Source: Malacoraja senta (lineage: Eukaryota). From it: 64,000 bases of DNA. Location: NCBI GenBank assembly GCA_038087875.1, contig JAXLNO010000110.1, positions 620,001-684,000 on the forward strand, in the 5' to 3' direction. The notes beneath the pieces were generated by a model that worked only from the letters and a program-made list of their open reading frames with translations, was not told the origin of the DNA and ran no database searches. Shown one piece after another: positions 35,623-48,000 of the stretch. Every line of letters begins with the position of its first letter. Position 1 is the first letter of the stretch. A program made the translations under genes and the position numbers.

Positions 35623-38600
35623 TAGGCTGTGGGCCGAGCATCGAAAAAGCGTCCAGAATTTAACTTTCTTGACCCATGTCTGGTATCTACCTGAAATTTG
35701 GCACGGATTTAGATAAAATATCATTAAGAAGGAATTCGTAACTCGTCAGTGCCAAAAGTTGCATAGTAATTAATGAAGATAATTAGAACATTTATTGGAA
35801 AAAGTGACACCGCTATCTTGTGCTCAATAATACTCTATGGGGAGCTGGATTCCGTGCGGGCAATTTACTTTGTGGCCCAGGGAGATCACATAACGGAGAG
35901 AGAGAGAGAGATAACCCGGGACGGAGCAGCCAGCATTCTGCCCAGTCGATACCTGCCAACCACCACCTCCACCAGTTGCGCCTGTGCCAAAGGACACCGT
36001 GGCTGGCGGGCCGGCCGGCCGGCAGAAGGCGCTGAGGTGGCGGCCGGTTCCTCTGTCCGGTCCCGAAGGCCACTCGCAGCCACCCGAGTTACTTCCGTCC
36101 CCGGCCACAATGCGATGGCTCCATGCCCGGAGCGTCGCAGCAACAGTGAGTGAGTGAGTTGCTGCCATGATCTCCGACCCCCTCCTTCTCAACACTCCTG
36201 CCCTCCCTGCAACTTTACCCCTGGCAGCCCAGCCAAGTTTGCTACTTTGTGCAGCCCAGGCCGTGCTGACACGGGTTTCACCGGCTCCTGAACCCGCCTG
36301 AAGCACTGGTCCTGTTCATTCTCCACTGACTGCCAGTTACTTTCCTCTGGTAGACACACTTGCTGGAGTAACTCAGCAGGTCAAGCAGCATCTCTGGAAA
36401 AAATGGATAAGTGACGTTTCGGGTCCAGACCCTTCTTCAATTTGAGAGTGAGGGGAGAGAGAAACTAAAGATATCTGTGTCTCTCAGTCTGAAGAAGGGA
36501 CTCGACCCCAAACGTCACCTATTCCTTTTCTCCAGAGATGCTGTCTGTCCCGCTGAGCTACTCCAGCATCGTGCGTCTACCAGAGGAAAGTAACTTTGTT
36601 TTAGGTACTTTGCATGAACCAGTGTCCAGGATCACTGGACATGATCTGGATGGGTAAGTACATTGTTCATTAAGTCTTAGCGGCCTCAATCACCGTCTGT
36701 CTCCCAACCCATTTCGGAGAATGAAGCACGACCCGTGGTACATTTTGGGGTCACGGTGAGGCATACCCCTCTCTGTTCAGCGAGATCATTCCTCCCTGTA
36801 TTGCTGGGAACCTGTTGATTAAAATCGATCCAACCACCGCGCACGCTGTAACTGAAATGAACAGGCGGACCTTCTCATCCCTACGGTAATCGATGAGATG
36901 TGTTGTATTCCTCTCTCCCGGGTTTATATCAATTCAAACTTGGACACACTAAACAACAAAAGTAAACTGTATATAATTATTTATATTCCCAATCTTTTGG
37001 TTTAGATTTCATAGGTGGGGATGTCATGAATGGTTAGTTTACGAACAGAAATATTGCATTTTTATTTGTTTGTACAGGGCTCTCACTGAACTTTTTTACC
37101 CTGTTGCCAGCTGGGCAACCTAGGCAGCTTTTTAGGTTGCCAAATAACAGTTTAGGTGGTCATTTAAGACGGTTTGCATGACGCGTGCAATAATGTGCTC
37201 GGACGAAGTGCGCAGTTACCAGTTGGAATTATGCTCAATGAAGCATTCACATATTATTTCTGCTTCAAATAAAGTCACAAACTAAACATATTCACCAATC
37301 AAGACATGATATATACCACAATGACATGCAGCAAAATTATAATACAGTATCTCAACTTTTTTTACATATTGCAATTAATGCAATTTCTATTAGTTCTTTC
37401 CACTTCCAAACAAAAATGTGGTTGGATTATTCAGCGTATGATCAACCTGTGTCAATAAAACCTGGACCATGGTAACATATATTCTTAACCATGCGCACTA
37501 CAGATTGATGCAAGCATGTTTTCTGTGAAGGACCGAAAATTGCCATGACATGGCCATAGCATGGGTCGTTATTGCTATTGGTACAGAAACACTCTCACTT
37601 CCCACATAATTTATCCATTACAAAATATACAGGTTGCATGGAAATTTCTAAAGGCATTTTATGATAATAGCTGTTAAAACCGACTATACCCATCTGACAG
37701 GTTAAACATTACACTGACAAGAGATGGCCAAAGGACATAACTGCAGCAAATGTCCTTTTGGTAATCTGTTTAAAGGTGTCAAAACGCCACATTACCGGAC
37801 ATTCAGATTAGATGTACGTGTTGTGAATAGCAATGAAAATACCCAGTTTGTACGCACCAGATTAAAAAAAATATATATTGATAAACGCTGTTTCCATCAT
37901 TCCCACTTCAGAATTAACGTTAAAATTTCAACTGAAATATCTCCTGACCAAATTTGTGATGTATATGACCGACTGTAGAAGTAAAACCTGGATAAATCCA
38001 ACGTATAGTTGTGAATGTTGCTCATTAAATAACTACAGTACTGATACTCCATATTAAGAGCATTGATTTGCTGTTAAAATGAATTCTGTAATAACGTGTC
38101 AACGGTAGCAGTGACAATCGAACACTGCAGTTTTAATGTTTCATGTGTTCACAATTTAATTAATCCATCTTTATGGACTAAAACAAATAATAACATTGGG
38201 AATTAAAACACATTTGATTGCATTCCGTTATCAAACATAGTCAATGTTCGCTCTGAAGACATTTCCAGCACAATAGGGTCACGGAGGGGGGTGTGTGTGA
38301 ATCAGTGCGGGGTGGATGGATGGAGGGGGGGTTGAGAAGGCAATCGGTGCGGAATGGATGGATTAAGGCAGGTGAATTAGTACGTGTTGGTTGGAGTATG
38401 TAAAATTGTGAGGGGAGAGCACGGGGGATGTCAGTGGTGTTGAATGGGGGGATCAGTGCGGGATGGATGGGGGGGATCCGTAAAAGATGAATGGGGAGAT
38501 CACTACAGGATGGGTGGGGGGGATTGGTGCAGGATAAATGGAGGGTGGGTCAGGACAGGATGAATGGGGGGGATCAGTACAGGATGGATGGGAGATCAGT

Positions 38601-39982
38601 ACAGGATGGATGGGGGAGCAGTGCAGGATGAATGGGTGGTGCATTGCAGGATGAATGGGTGGTACAGTGCAGGATGAATGGGGGAAGCAGTGCAGGATGG
38701 ATGAGAAGGTGGTTCAGTACAGGATAAATTGGGGGACCAGTGTGGGATGGATGGGGGTGGCAGGAGAATCAATGCGAGATGGATAGGGTGATCAGCGCAG
38801 GATGAATAGATTGGGGGGGGGTAGATGGGGAGGAGAGCACAGGAGATGTCAGTGAGGACTGAATAGAGGCGGGAATGGGAATCAGTGCGGGATGGAGAGG
38901 AGGGGGTCTCAGGATAAGAGGGGTGGAGGGGGCGTACAAGAGAGAGAGAGAAAGAGAGGGGACGAGGTGGGGAGGAAGGAAGGTCAGCGCTCCTCGGACA
39001 ACCGCCCTGCTGCCTTGGCCGTCCCTGTCCACCGCCATGTGGCGCTGCCAAAGGGGGAGGCGGTTGGGATCTCCTCGCCATCGCCTCCCCTCCTCCGCCA
39101 GCCAACAGTGCGGCTGTGCGGGGCCCGTCATTCGCTCCGACCCTTCGTCACCCTGCACCTAGTATCTTTGCCCCCCACTACAGCCGTTGCCGACACGGAA
39201 CGTCACGTTCCTTTTCTCCAGAGATGCTGCCTGACCCGCTGAGTTACTCCAGTTTTTTTTGTCTATCTTCGGTATAAACCAGTATCTGCAGTGCCATGCC
39301 GGGCAAAATGACTTGGCGTTTAGGTTGCCCGGTGGCACTTTGGGTGGTCATTGACACCCGGGCAACCGTTAATTTCAAGCCCTGTTATATGTGATGTATG
39401 AAAGAAAACACTTCAATCTCACAATAATAATCATGTCTTGGAAAACATTGTTACTTTAGTACAGTTGGGTATTCAAAGTATTCTTATCCAGTCTTTCCTC
39501 AAAGTTTAACTCTTTCAAACGTTTACATGCACAGTAATCTGCATATTAATTAATTAAGATAATTAGAACATTTATTGCACTCTTGCAAAAACGAGATGAC
39601 AACTTGCTGAAAGTTGACAATAATCATCAATCATACTGTCATGGTTTATAATGGTGTAGATAATCATGTGAGGTTATTTGTATTATTGTTGTGACAGTTT
39701 AAAACCTCTTGCACGAACCTTCCTCTCCGCCATGATCCCAAAGTGCTCTCTGCCTAGCTAGCCTGAAACAAAACACGTGATTGGTCAATTGGCTTTGATT
39801 GGACAATTACTACTCGGAAAATTTGAGGTTTTTCTCATATTTTAAAAATATGTGCTGGTTTTGTTCATGACGAGTTTCAGGTATGATTTATATAATATTT
39901 TTACACAATATGTTAAAAATACAGGTAGATACGTGATTTGGGTCACGAAATGAAAGGGAAAAGCACCTCGGCCCACAGCCTA
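35623..39982. mobile_element. Non-autonomous TIR DNA transposon, Academ-like (TAG termini, 3-bp TSD TGA); hosts hAT-like copy 2
   Basis: TGA|TAGGCTGTGGGCCGAG...CTCGGCCCACAGCCTA|TGA. A second TIR block, GACCCA..GTATCTACCTG at about 35670-35695, is inverted at about 39920-39945. Confidence 0.75.
37075..39384. mobile_element. Non-autonomous hAT-like DNA transposon, copy 2
   Basis: Termini CAGGGCT...AGCCCTG with flanks TTGTA/TTATA. Highly similar to copy 1 and in the same orientation. Confidence 0.85.
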
Positions 39983-42839
39983 TGATGACTGCATGCACTT
40001 TGTTCTGGGTTCCTGTTTGAACTCAATTGTAAGCTTGTTATTTTTAAGCTGATCAAGCTGAGACCAATGGTTTAAATTCCCAAGGATGCCCCAATTTGTA
40101 TTCAGTCTCGGATGCCTTCCCTGGTCTCTGGTGTACTCGCTCCTCCTAAAGATCCACCAGCTGAATTTGAGCCATGCGAGCTCTGGTTATAATGAAAGTT
40201 GTCGGAGTCTGTCAAATTGGGTCTGGATGGAGAAAATGGAACTGTTTGCCATTCGAATAGGGTGTTTAAAATCTGAAGTCTGAATATGAAAAGTCTGAAG
40301 AAGGGTCTCGATCCCAAACGTCACCCATCTATCCAGAGATGCTGCCTGTCCCGCTGAGTTACTCCAGCATTCGCACAGCACAGAAACAGCTCCTTCAATC
40401 AACTTACCGATGCCATCCAAGATGCCCTAGTAGCACTAGTTCTTTGAAATAGCAGGTCAGGTCTGGGGGAAGTTCCCCCCCCCCCATGCAACGGGTACCA
40501 TGTAATCCCGTGCTACCTGCTCCATGGTCGGATAGTCGGCGACTAAACCGTCTCCCACACCTGGTTTGCCAGGTGAGGAGGGGGCTGCGGACCCTCAGCA
40601 GGACCAAAAACAAGATAGGTGATGTTTCGATAGGTCAGGACCCTTCTTTGTTTGCCCACTCCCTGCCTGACCAGCGGAGTTCCTCCAGCACTTTCTTCAA
40701 GATTCTAGCATCTACAGTGGCTTGTATCTCTATCCAACGTTGATTTGTTTCACAGTTCCAGCAGATATTATGTTGCTGGCATTGTGCTCCGCTGCCATGT
40801 ACTAGTTTACTTTAGAGATACGGTACGGAATGGTGGCGCAGCGGTAGAGTTGCTGCCATACAGCGCCTGAGACCGGGGTTCGATCCTGACTGGCGGTACC
40901 GGCAGTTGTACATTCTCCCGTGACCTGTGTGGGTTTTCTACGGGATCTCCGGTTTCCTCCCACACTCCAAAGACTGACAGGTTTGTCGGCAATAGGCTTG
41001 GTATAATTGTAATTTGCCCCTAGTGCGTGTGTAAGTGGATCGCTAGTCAGCGCAGACTCGTTGGGCCTGAAGAGCTTGTTTGTGCTGCATCTCTGAACTA
41101 AACTAAAGGTACAGCATGGAAACAGGCCCTTTGGCCCAATGTGTTCATGCCGACCACACTACGTTTACACACTCCTTCACACTAGGGGCAATTAACAGAG
41201 GCCAATTAACCTACACACCTGAAGATAGAAAGTAAATGCTGGGTCAGGCAGCATCTCTGGATGTTTTGGGTTGAAACCCTTCTTCAGACCCGAGACGTCA
41301 CCTATTCCTTTTCTCCAGTGATGCTGCCCAACCCGCTGTTACTCCAGCATTTTGTGTCTATCCACAGTTTAAACCAGCACCTGCAGTTCCTTCCTGCACA
41401 TTTAACTGACAAATCCGCATGTTTTTGGGGATGTGGGAGGAAACCGAAGCACCTCACTGTCACGGGGAGAACGTGCAAACTCCACACACAGGCAGCACCC
41501 AAGGTCGGGATCGAACTCGGGTTTTGCAAGGGGTGGCAAGAGTCCAGAGATAGAGAGATTATACCCTGTCCATGTGAGCCACCCCTTCTTTACCAGGAAC
41601 CACACAATTAATCTAACCATTAACCATGTCTAGAATAGGTTACTCAATCCAAAGCTGGAAGTCACAATGATTTATGTGTAGGAACGAACTGCAGATGCTG
41701 GTTTAAATCGTAGACACTAAATGGAGTAACTCAGCAGGACAGGCAGCATCTCTGGAGAGAAGGAATGTGTGACGTTTCGGGTCGAGGCCCTTCTTCAGAC
41801 TGATGTCAGGGGCGTGGGCAGTACAGAGTTAAAATGTAGTCGGAGACAGTAAGACTGGTTGGAGAAGGGGGAGGGGATGGAGAGAGGGGGAATGCAAGGG
41901 TTACTTGGAGTTAAAGAAGTCAATGTTTACCGCTGGGAAGTAAGCTGCCCAAGCAAAATATGAAGTGCTGTTCCTCCAATTTGCACTGGGCCTCTGACAA
42001 TGGAGGACCTGTGTTACATCTCCTGCGGTTGCAGGGGAAATTACCTGGGAAGGGAATGGCTTGGGTGGGAAGGGATGAGTTGACCAGGGAGTTGCGGTCT
42101 CTGCGGAAAGGGGTGGAGATGGGAAGATATGGCCAGTAGTGGGATCCCATTGGACAATGATTTAGTTTAGTTCATTGTCACATGTTCCGAGGTACAGTGA
42201 AAATCTTTTATTGAGTGCTAACCAGTCAGCGGAAAGACATTACATTATTACAATCGAGCCATCCACCGTGTACAAATACAAGCTGAAGGGAATAAGGTAA
42301 AGTCCGATCATAGATAGCCTGGGGGTCTCCTGTGAGGTAGATAGGAGGTCAAGACCACTATCTAGTTGGTTGGATGGTTAAGATGCCTGATAACAGCTGG
42401 AATGAAACTCCCTGAATCTGGAGGTGTGCGTTTTCACACTTCTGTACCTCTTGCCTGATGGGAGAGGGGAGAAGAGGGAAGTGGCCGGGGTGAGACTGGT
42501 CCTTGATTATGCTGCTGGCCTTGCCGAGGCAGCGTGAGGTCTAGATGGAGTCGATGGAAGAGAGGTTGGTTAGAGAGGTTGGTTTGTGTGATGGTCTGGG
42601 CTGCATTCTCTTGTGGTCTTGGATGGAGCTGTTCCCAAACCAGGCTGTGATACATCCCGATAAAATGCTTTCCACGGCGCATCTGTTGAAGTTGGTGTGA
42701 GATGCTGGGGACATGCCAAACGACTTATGCCTTCTAAGGAAGTAGAGGCGGTGCTGTGCTTTCTTCTGTGTAATAAAGCCGATCCTTCCAGCAAAGTTGG
42801 CCTCACAATCACTCTGTTTTTTGTTTTCCTTCCTTTTAG

Positions 42840-42991
42840 TTTAAAGATGAAATATCCAAACGGTTCAAAGCCAAGCAGGAGCAGCTGGTGCTTATCTTTG
42901 CTGGGAAGATCCTGAAGGATGGTGATACGCTCAGCCAACACGGCATAAAGGATGGCCTCACTGTGCACTTGGTCATAAAGACAGCGCAGAG
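42840..42991 (+). CDS. UBQLN4: Ubiquilin-4 exon 2 (UBL domain), 152 bp
   Basis: Polypyrimidine tract with AG at 42838-42839 and a GTAAGT donor at 42992. It translates [50 protein letters not shown](R). The KDGDTL.QHGIKDG stretch is UBQLN4-type. This frame is not in the ORF track. Confidence 0.93.
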
Positions 42992-43019
42992 GTAAGTGCT
43001 TGCCTGTGCTGCTTCAGCT

Positions 43020-43422
43020 CCCTGATCCGCCTCTGGTACTTTCACCTGCATCCACTGGAGATGCAACACCTGCCCCTATACCTCCCCCCTCCACTCCGTC
43101 CAAGGTCCCCAACAGTCTTTTCAGGTGAGGCTGAGGTTCACTTGCACCTCCTCCAATCTCATCAACTGTATCCGCTGTTCCAGGTGTGGAATCCTGTATA
43201 TCGGCGAGACCAAGCGCAGGCTCGGCGATCGTTGCGCTGAACACCTCCGCTCAGTCCGCCTAAACCTACCTGATCTCCCAGTTGCTCAACACTTTAACTC
43301 CCTCTTCCATTCCCACACTGACCCTTCTATCCTGGGACTCCTCCATGGTCAGAGTGAGGACCAGTGCAAATTCGAGGAACAGCATCACATATTTCACTTG
43401 GGCAACTTACACCCCAGAGGTA
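43020..43422 (+). mobile_element. Penelope-like element GIY-YIG endonuclease fragment; continues after the Tc1 at 45058
   Basis: FTCTSSNLINCIRCSRCGILYIGETKRRLGDRCAEHL. The C-terminus LHP.G-MNIDFSNFK* is split by the Tc1 at a TA. Confidence 0.85.
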
Positions 43423-45055
43423 CAGTGCCCTCCATAATGTTTGGGACAATGACCCATCTTTTATTTATTTACCTCTCTACTCCACAATTTGAGATATGTA
43501 ATAGAAAAAAATACCTATGGTTAGTGTACATTGTCAGATTTTACTAAAGTCCATTTTTATACATATTGGTTTCACCATGTAGAAATTACAGCAGTCCTTA
43601 TACATAGTCCTCCCATTTCAGGGCACCATAATGTTTGGGACACAGTAATGTCATGTAAATGAAAGTGGTCATGTTTAGTATTTTGTTGCATATCCTTTGC
43701 ATGCAATGACTGCTTGAAGTCTGCGATTCATGGACATCACCAGTTGCTGAGTGTCTTCTCTGGTGATGCTCTGCCAGGCCTGTATTGCAGCCATCTTTGG
43801 CTTATGCTTGTTTTGGGGGCTAGTCCCCTTCAGTTTTCTCTTCAGCATATGAAAGGCATGCTCAATTGGGTTCAGATTGGGTGATTAACTTGGCCACTCA
43901 AGAATTGACAATTTTTTAGCTTTGAAAAACTCCTTTGTTGCTTTTGCAGTATGTTTGGGATCAGTGTCTTGCTGTAGAATGAACCGCCGGCCAATGAGTT
44001 TTTAAGGCATTTGTTTGAACTTGAGCAGACAGGATGTGTCTATACACTTCAGAATTCATTATGCTACTACCATCAGCGGTTGTATCATCAATGAAGATAA
44101 GACAACCGGTACCTTCAGCTGCCATACATGCCCAGGCCATAACACCCCCCCCACCACCGTGCTTCACAGATGATGAGGTATGCTTTGGATCTTGGGCTGT
44201 TCCTTCTCTTCTCCATACTTTGCTCTTGCCATCACTCTGATATAAGTTAATCTTCATCTCATCTGTCCACAAGACCTTTTTCCAGAACTGTGGTTGCACT
44301 TTTAAGTACTTCTTGGCAAACTGCAACCCGGCCATCTTATTTTTGCGGCTAACCAGTGGTTTGCATCTTGCAGTGTAGCCTCTGTATTTCTGTTCATGAA
44401 GTCTCCTGCGGACAGTGGTCATTGACAAATCCACACCTGAAGAGTGTTTCTGATCTGTCAGTCAGGTGTTTGGGGAGAATTCTTCAGTCATCAGCTGTGG
44501 AGGTCTTCCTTGGCCTGCCAGTCCCTTTGCGATTAGTAAGCTGACCAGTGCTCTCTTTCTTCTTAATGATGTCCCAAACAGTTGATTTTGGTAAGCCTAA
44601 GGTTTGGCTGATGTCTCTAACAGTTTTATTCTTGTTTCTCAGTCTCATAATGGCTTCTTTGACTTTCATTGGCACAACGTATGGTCCTCATGTTGATAAA
44701 CAGCAATAAAAGTTTCCAAAGGTGATGGAAAGACTGGAGGAAAGACTAGGTGCTGAGAGCTCTCATACATGCATTAAGGATACATTTAAACACATCCCTC
44801 TGCAATTACAAACGCCTGTGCAGCCATGTGTCCCAAACATTATGGTGCCCTGAAATGGGGGGACTATGTATAAACACAGCAGTAACTTCTACATGGTGAA
44901 ACCAAAATGTATAAAAATGGCCTTTAATAAAATCTGACAATGTGCACTTTAACCACATGTGATTTTTTTTTCTATTACAAATTTCAAATTGTGGAGTACT
45001 GAGGAGTAAATAAATTAATGATGGGTCTTCGTCCCAAATATTATGGAGGGCACTG
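43423..45055 (-). mobile_element. Tc1-family DNA transposon with about 220-bp IR/DR-type TIRs and TA TSD; defective transposase at about 43675-44691
   Basis: TA|CAGTGCCCTCCATAATG...ATTATGGAGGGCACTG|TA. Inner direct repeats at about 43619-43645 and 44827-44852. Transposase motifs GRPRK, WTDE.KIN, VKHGGG..MAW.C, QQD.DPKH, NPIE and C-terminal KGYATKY*, with stops and frameshifts. Confidence 0.95.
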
Positions 45056-48000
45056 TATGAACATTGATTTCTCTAACTTCAAGTAGCCTTTGCTTTCCCT
45101 CTATCTCCATCCTTTCCCCTTCCCAGTTCTCCCAGTCTCACCGTCCCCGACTTCATTTTATCTCTGTTTGCTTTGTTGTTACCTTCTCCCAGCCAACATT
45201 GACCTATTCTACATTTTCTTTGATCTCCATTCGCTTTTTCCAATTTTCACACCTTACATTTACAATGCAGGAACGGGGTACTGATTGGTGATGGAATGAA
45301 GGCTTGAAGGGCCGAATGGTCTACTCCTGCACCTATTTATCTAAATGCCACCATCGTATCTGCTTCCATCATCACCTGCCAGCGCGTTCTAGCCACCCAC
45401 CACCCTCTGCTTCTTGAAAAAAAATTGCCCTGCGCATCGGGGGGGGGGGGGTGGGGAGAGAAAGGGTAGACAGTCAGAACGTATCGGAGCCTCTCATAAT
45501 TTTATACACTTCTGACAAGTCGCACCTCACCCTCTGGCGTTCCAGACAAAACAATCCAAGTCTGTCCAACCTCTCCCTGCAGCTAATTTCCCTCAATCCA
45601 GGCATCATTCTGGTAAACGTCCTCTGCACTCTTTCCAAAGCCCCTGCATCCTTCCTGCATCGGGACGTAGAGAACTCCACGCAATACGCCACATGCGACC
45701 TCACCAAAGTTTTATAAAGCTGCATCATTACTTCCTGATTGCTATACTCAATGCCCTGCCCAATGAAGATAGGCCTACCATATGCCTTCTTTACCACTCT
45801 ACCTGTGTTGCCATTGAGAGAGAGCTATGTACTTGGACCCTAAGATCTCACTGCAGAATAATGATTGCCATTAATTGTATATATTCCCCTTGCATTCGAC
45901 CTCCCAAAGTTCAACATCTCACACTTTAGACTTTAGTGATACAGTGCAGAAACGGGTCCTATGGCCCACTGAGTCCGCGTTGACCCGCAATCACCCCGTA
46001 CACTATCACTATCCTACAAACCAGGGACAATTTACAATTTTTTATCAAAGCCAATTAACCTACAATCCTGGGTACACAAAAATGCTGGAGAAACTCAGCG
46101 GATGCAGCAGCATCTATGGAGCGAAGGAAACAGGCAACGTTTCGGGCCGAAACCCTTCTTCAGACCTACAATCCTGTACGTCTTTGGAATGTGGGAGAAA
46201 ACCGGAGCAGCCGGAGAAAACCCATGCGGTCACAGGGAGAACGTACAAACTCTGTACAGACAACACCCATAGCTGGGATTGAACCCGGGACTCTGACGCT
46301 GTAAGGCAGCAACTCTACCGCTGCGCCACAGTGCCGGCCCACTTGCTCATATTAAAGTCCATATGTGTAAGAGGGAACTGCAAATGTGTAAGAAAGAACT
46401 GCAGATGCTGGTTTAAATCGTAGGTAGACACAAAATGCTGGAGTAACTCAGCGGGTGAGGCAGCATCTCTGGAGAGAAGTAATGGGCGACGTTTCGGGTC
46501 GAGACCCCTCTTCAGATACACACAGTCCATATACTCTGCTCGTGCTATACATTGTGTTGCGTGGCTCATCAAATGCCCTGGTAACCTGCGGTCAGTTGAC
46601 AAATTCAATCCTGCCTCATTTTATATGAGGACAATGCATTTCAGAACAGCTTGTTGAATTTGATCCATAGATTGTGTATGTGTTGGGGCACAGCTGCCAC
46701 TAGCATTAACATGACAAGGCAGAAACAAATGGAAAATGTTGTTGATAGCAATTAGCAGAGGTAAGCTACTGACGTGGATGTCATAACTAGGTATAGATCG
46801 TGTGGATGCCTGTGAATGTCGAGACTTACCAGGATTCTGTGTCTACCTTCGATTTAACCCAGCATCTGCAGTTCTTTCCTACACATTACAATCAAGCCAT
46901 CCACAGTGTACAGATACATGATAAAGGAAATAACATTTAGTGCCAGGTAAAGTCCGATTAAAGATAGTTCGAAGGACTCCAATGGATTAGATGGGAGGTC
47001 AGGACCACTCTCTGGTTGGTGAGAGGACGGTTCAATTGTCTGCTAACAGCTAGGAAGAAACTCTGAATCTGGAGCTGTGCGTTTTCAAACTTCTGTACTT
47101 CAGCCTTTCTGATCGGCTTCCCCATTCCTTTCCAAAAAGAAAGTGTAGAATTCTTCTGTCGAGTCTTGCCCCCTGGCAAACTGCAGCAAGATGTCTTTGG
47201 TTGCCTTTTCTTGCTGCAACATTAATCTGGAAAGGACACATAAAATTACATTTTGCCAGTCTGAAGAAGGGTTTCGGCCAGAAACGTGCCTATTTCCTTC
47301 GCTCCATAGATGCTGCTGCACCCGCTGAGTTTCTCCAGCACTTTTGTCTACCTTCGATTTTCCAGCATCTGTAGTTCCTTCTTAAACACATAAAATTGAC
47401 AAGGTGGTTGCCAGGACTCGAGAGCCTGAGCTACGGGGAGAAGTTGGACAGGCGAGGACTTTATTCATTGCAGCGTGGGAGGATAAGGGTTGATCTTATG
47501 GAGGAAGAGAACATGATGAGGGGATTACATGGGGTAAATGCACACTTTTACCCCAGGGAAAAGTCCCCAAGTGGCACAGCGCCAGGGACCCGGGTTCCAT
47601 CATGACTCATGGGTGCTGTTTGTACAGAGTTGGTACGTTCCCCCTGTGACAGCTTGGATTTTCTCCGGGTGCTCTGATTTCCTCCCACACTCCAAAAACG
47701 TTCAGGTTTGTAGGTTAGTTGGCTTTGATAAAATTGAAACTATTGCCTGGTGTGTAGGATAGTGTTAGTGTGCGGGGTGATCGCTGGTCGGCGTGGACTC
47801 GGTGGGCCAAAGGGCCTGTTTCTGCGCTGTATCTCTAAAGTCTAAAAGTAGAGGAATCAAGAACAAGAGGTTACATGTTTAAGGTGTGAGGTGCAAAACG
47901 TAATAGGAACCTGAGAGCAAACTTTTCCACATATGGACTTTAATATGAGCAAGTGTGGAGAGGATGTTTACATTCATGGGAAAGTCTAGGACCAGAGTGC

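Noticed and set aside
42570..43069. ORF-track entries overlapping UBQLN4 exon 2
   Set aside because: They are in the wrong frame or strand. The real frame starts at 42840 after the splice acceptor.
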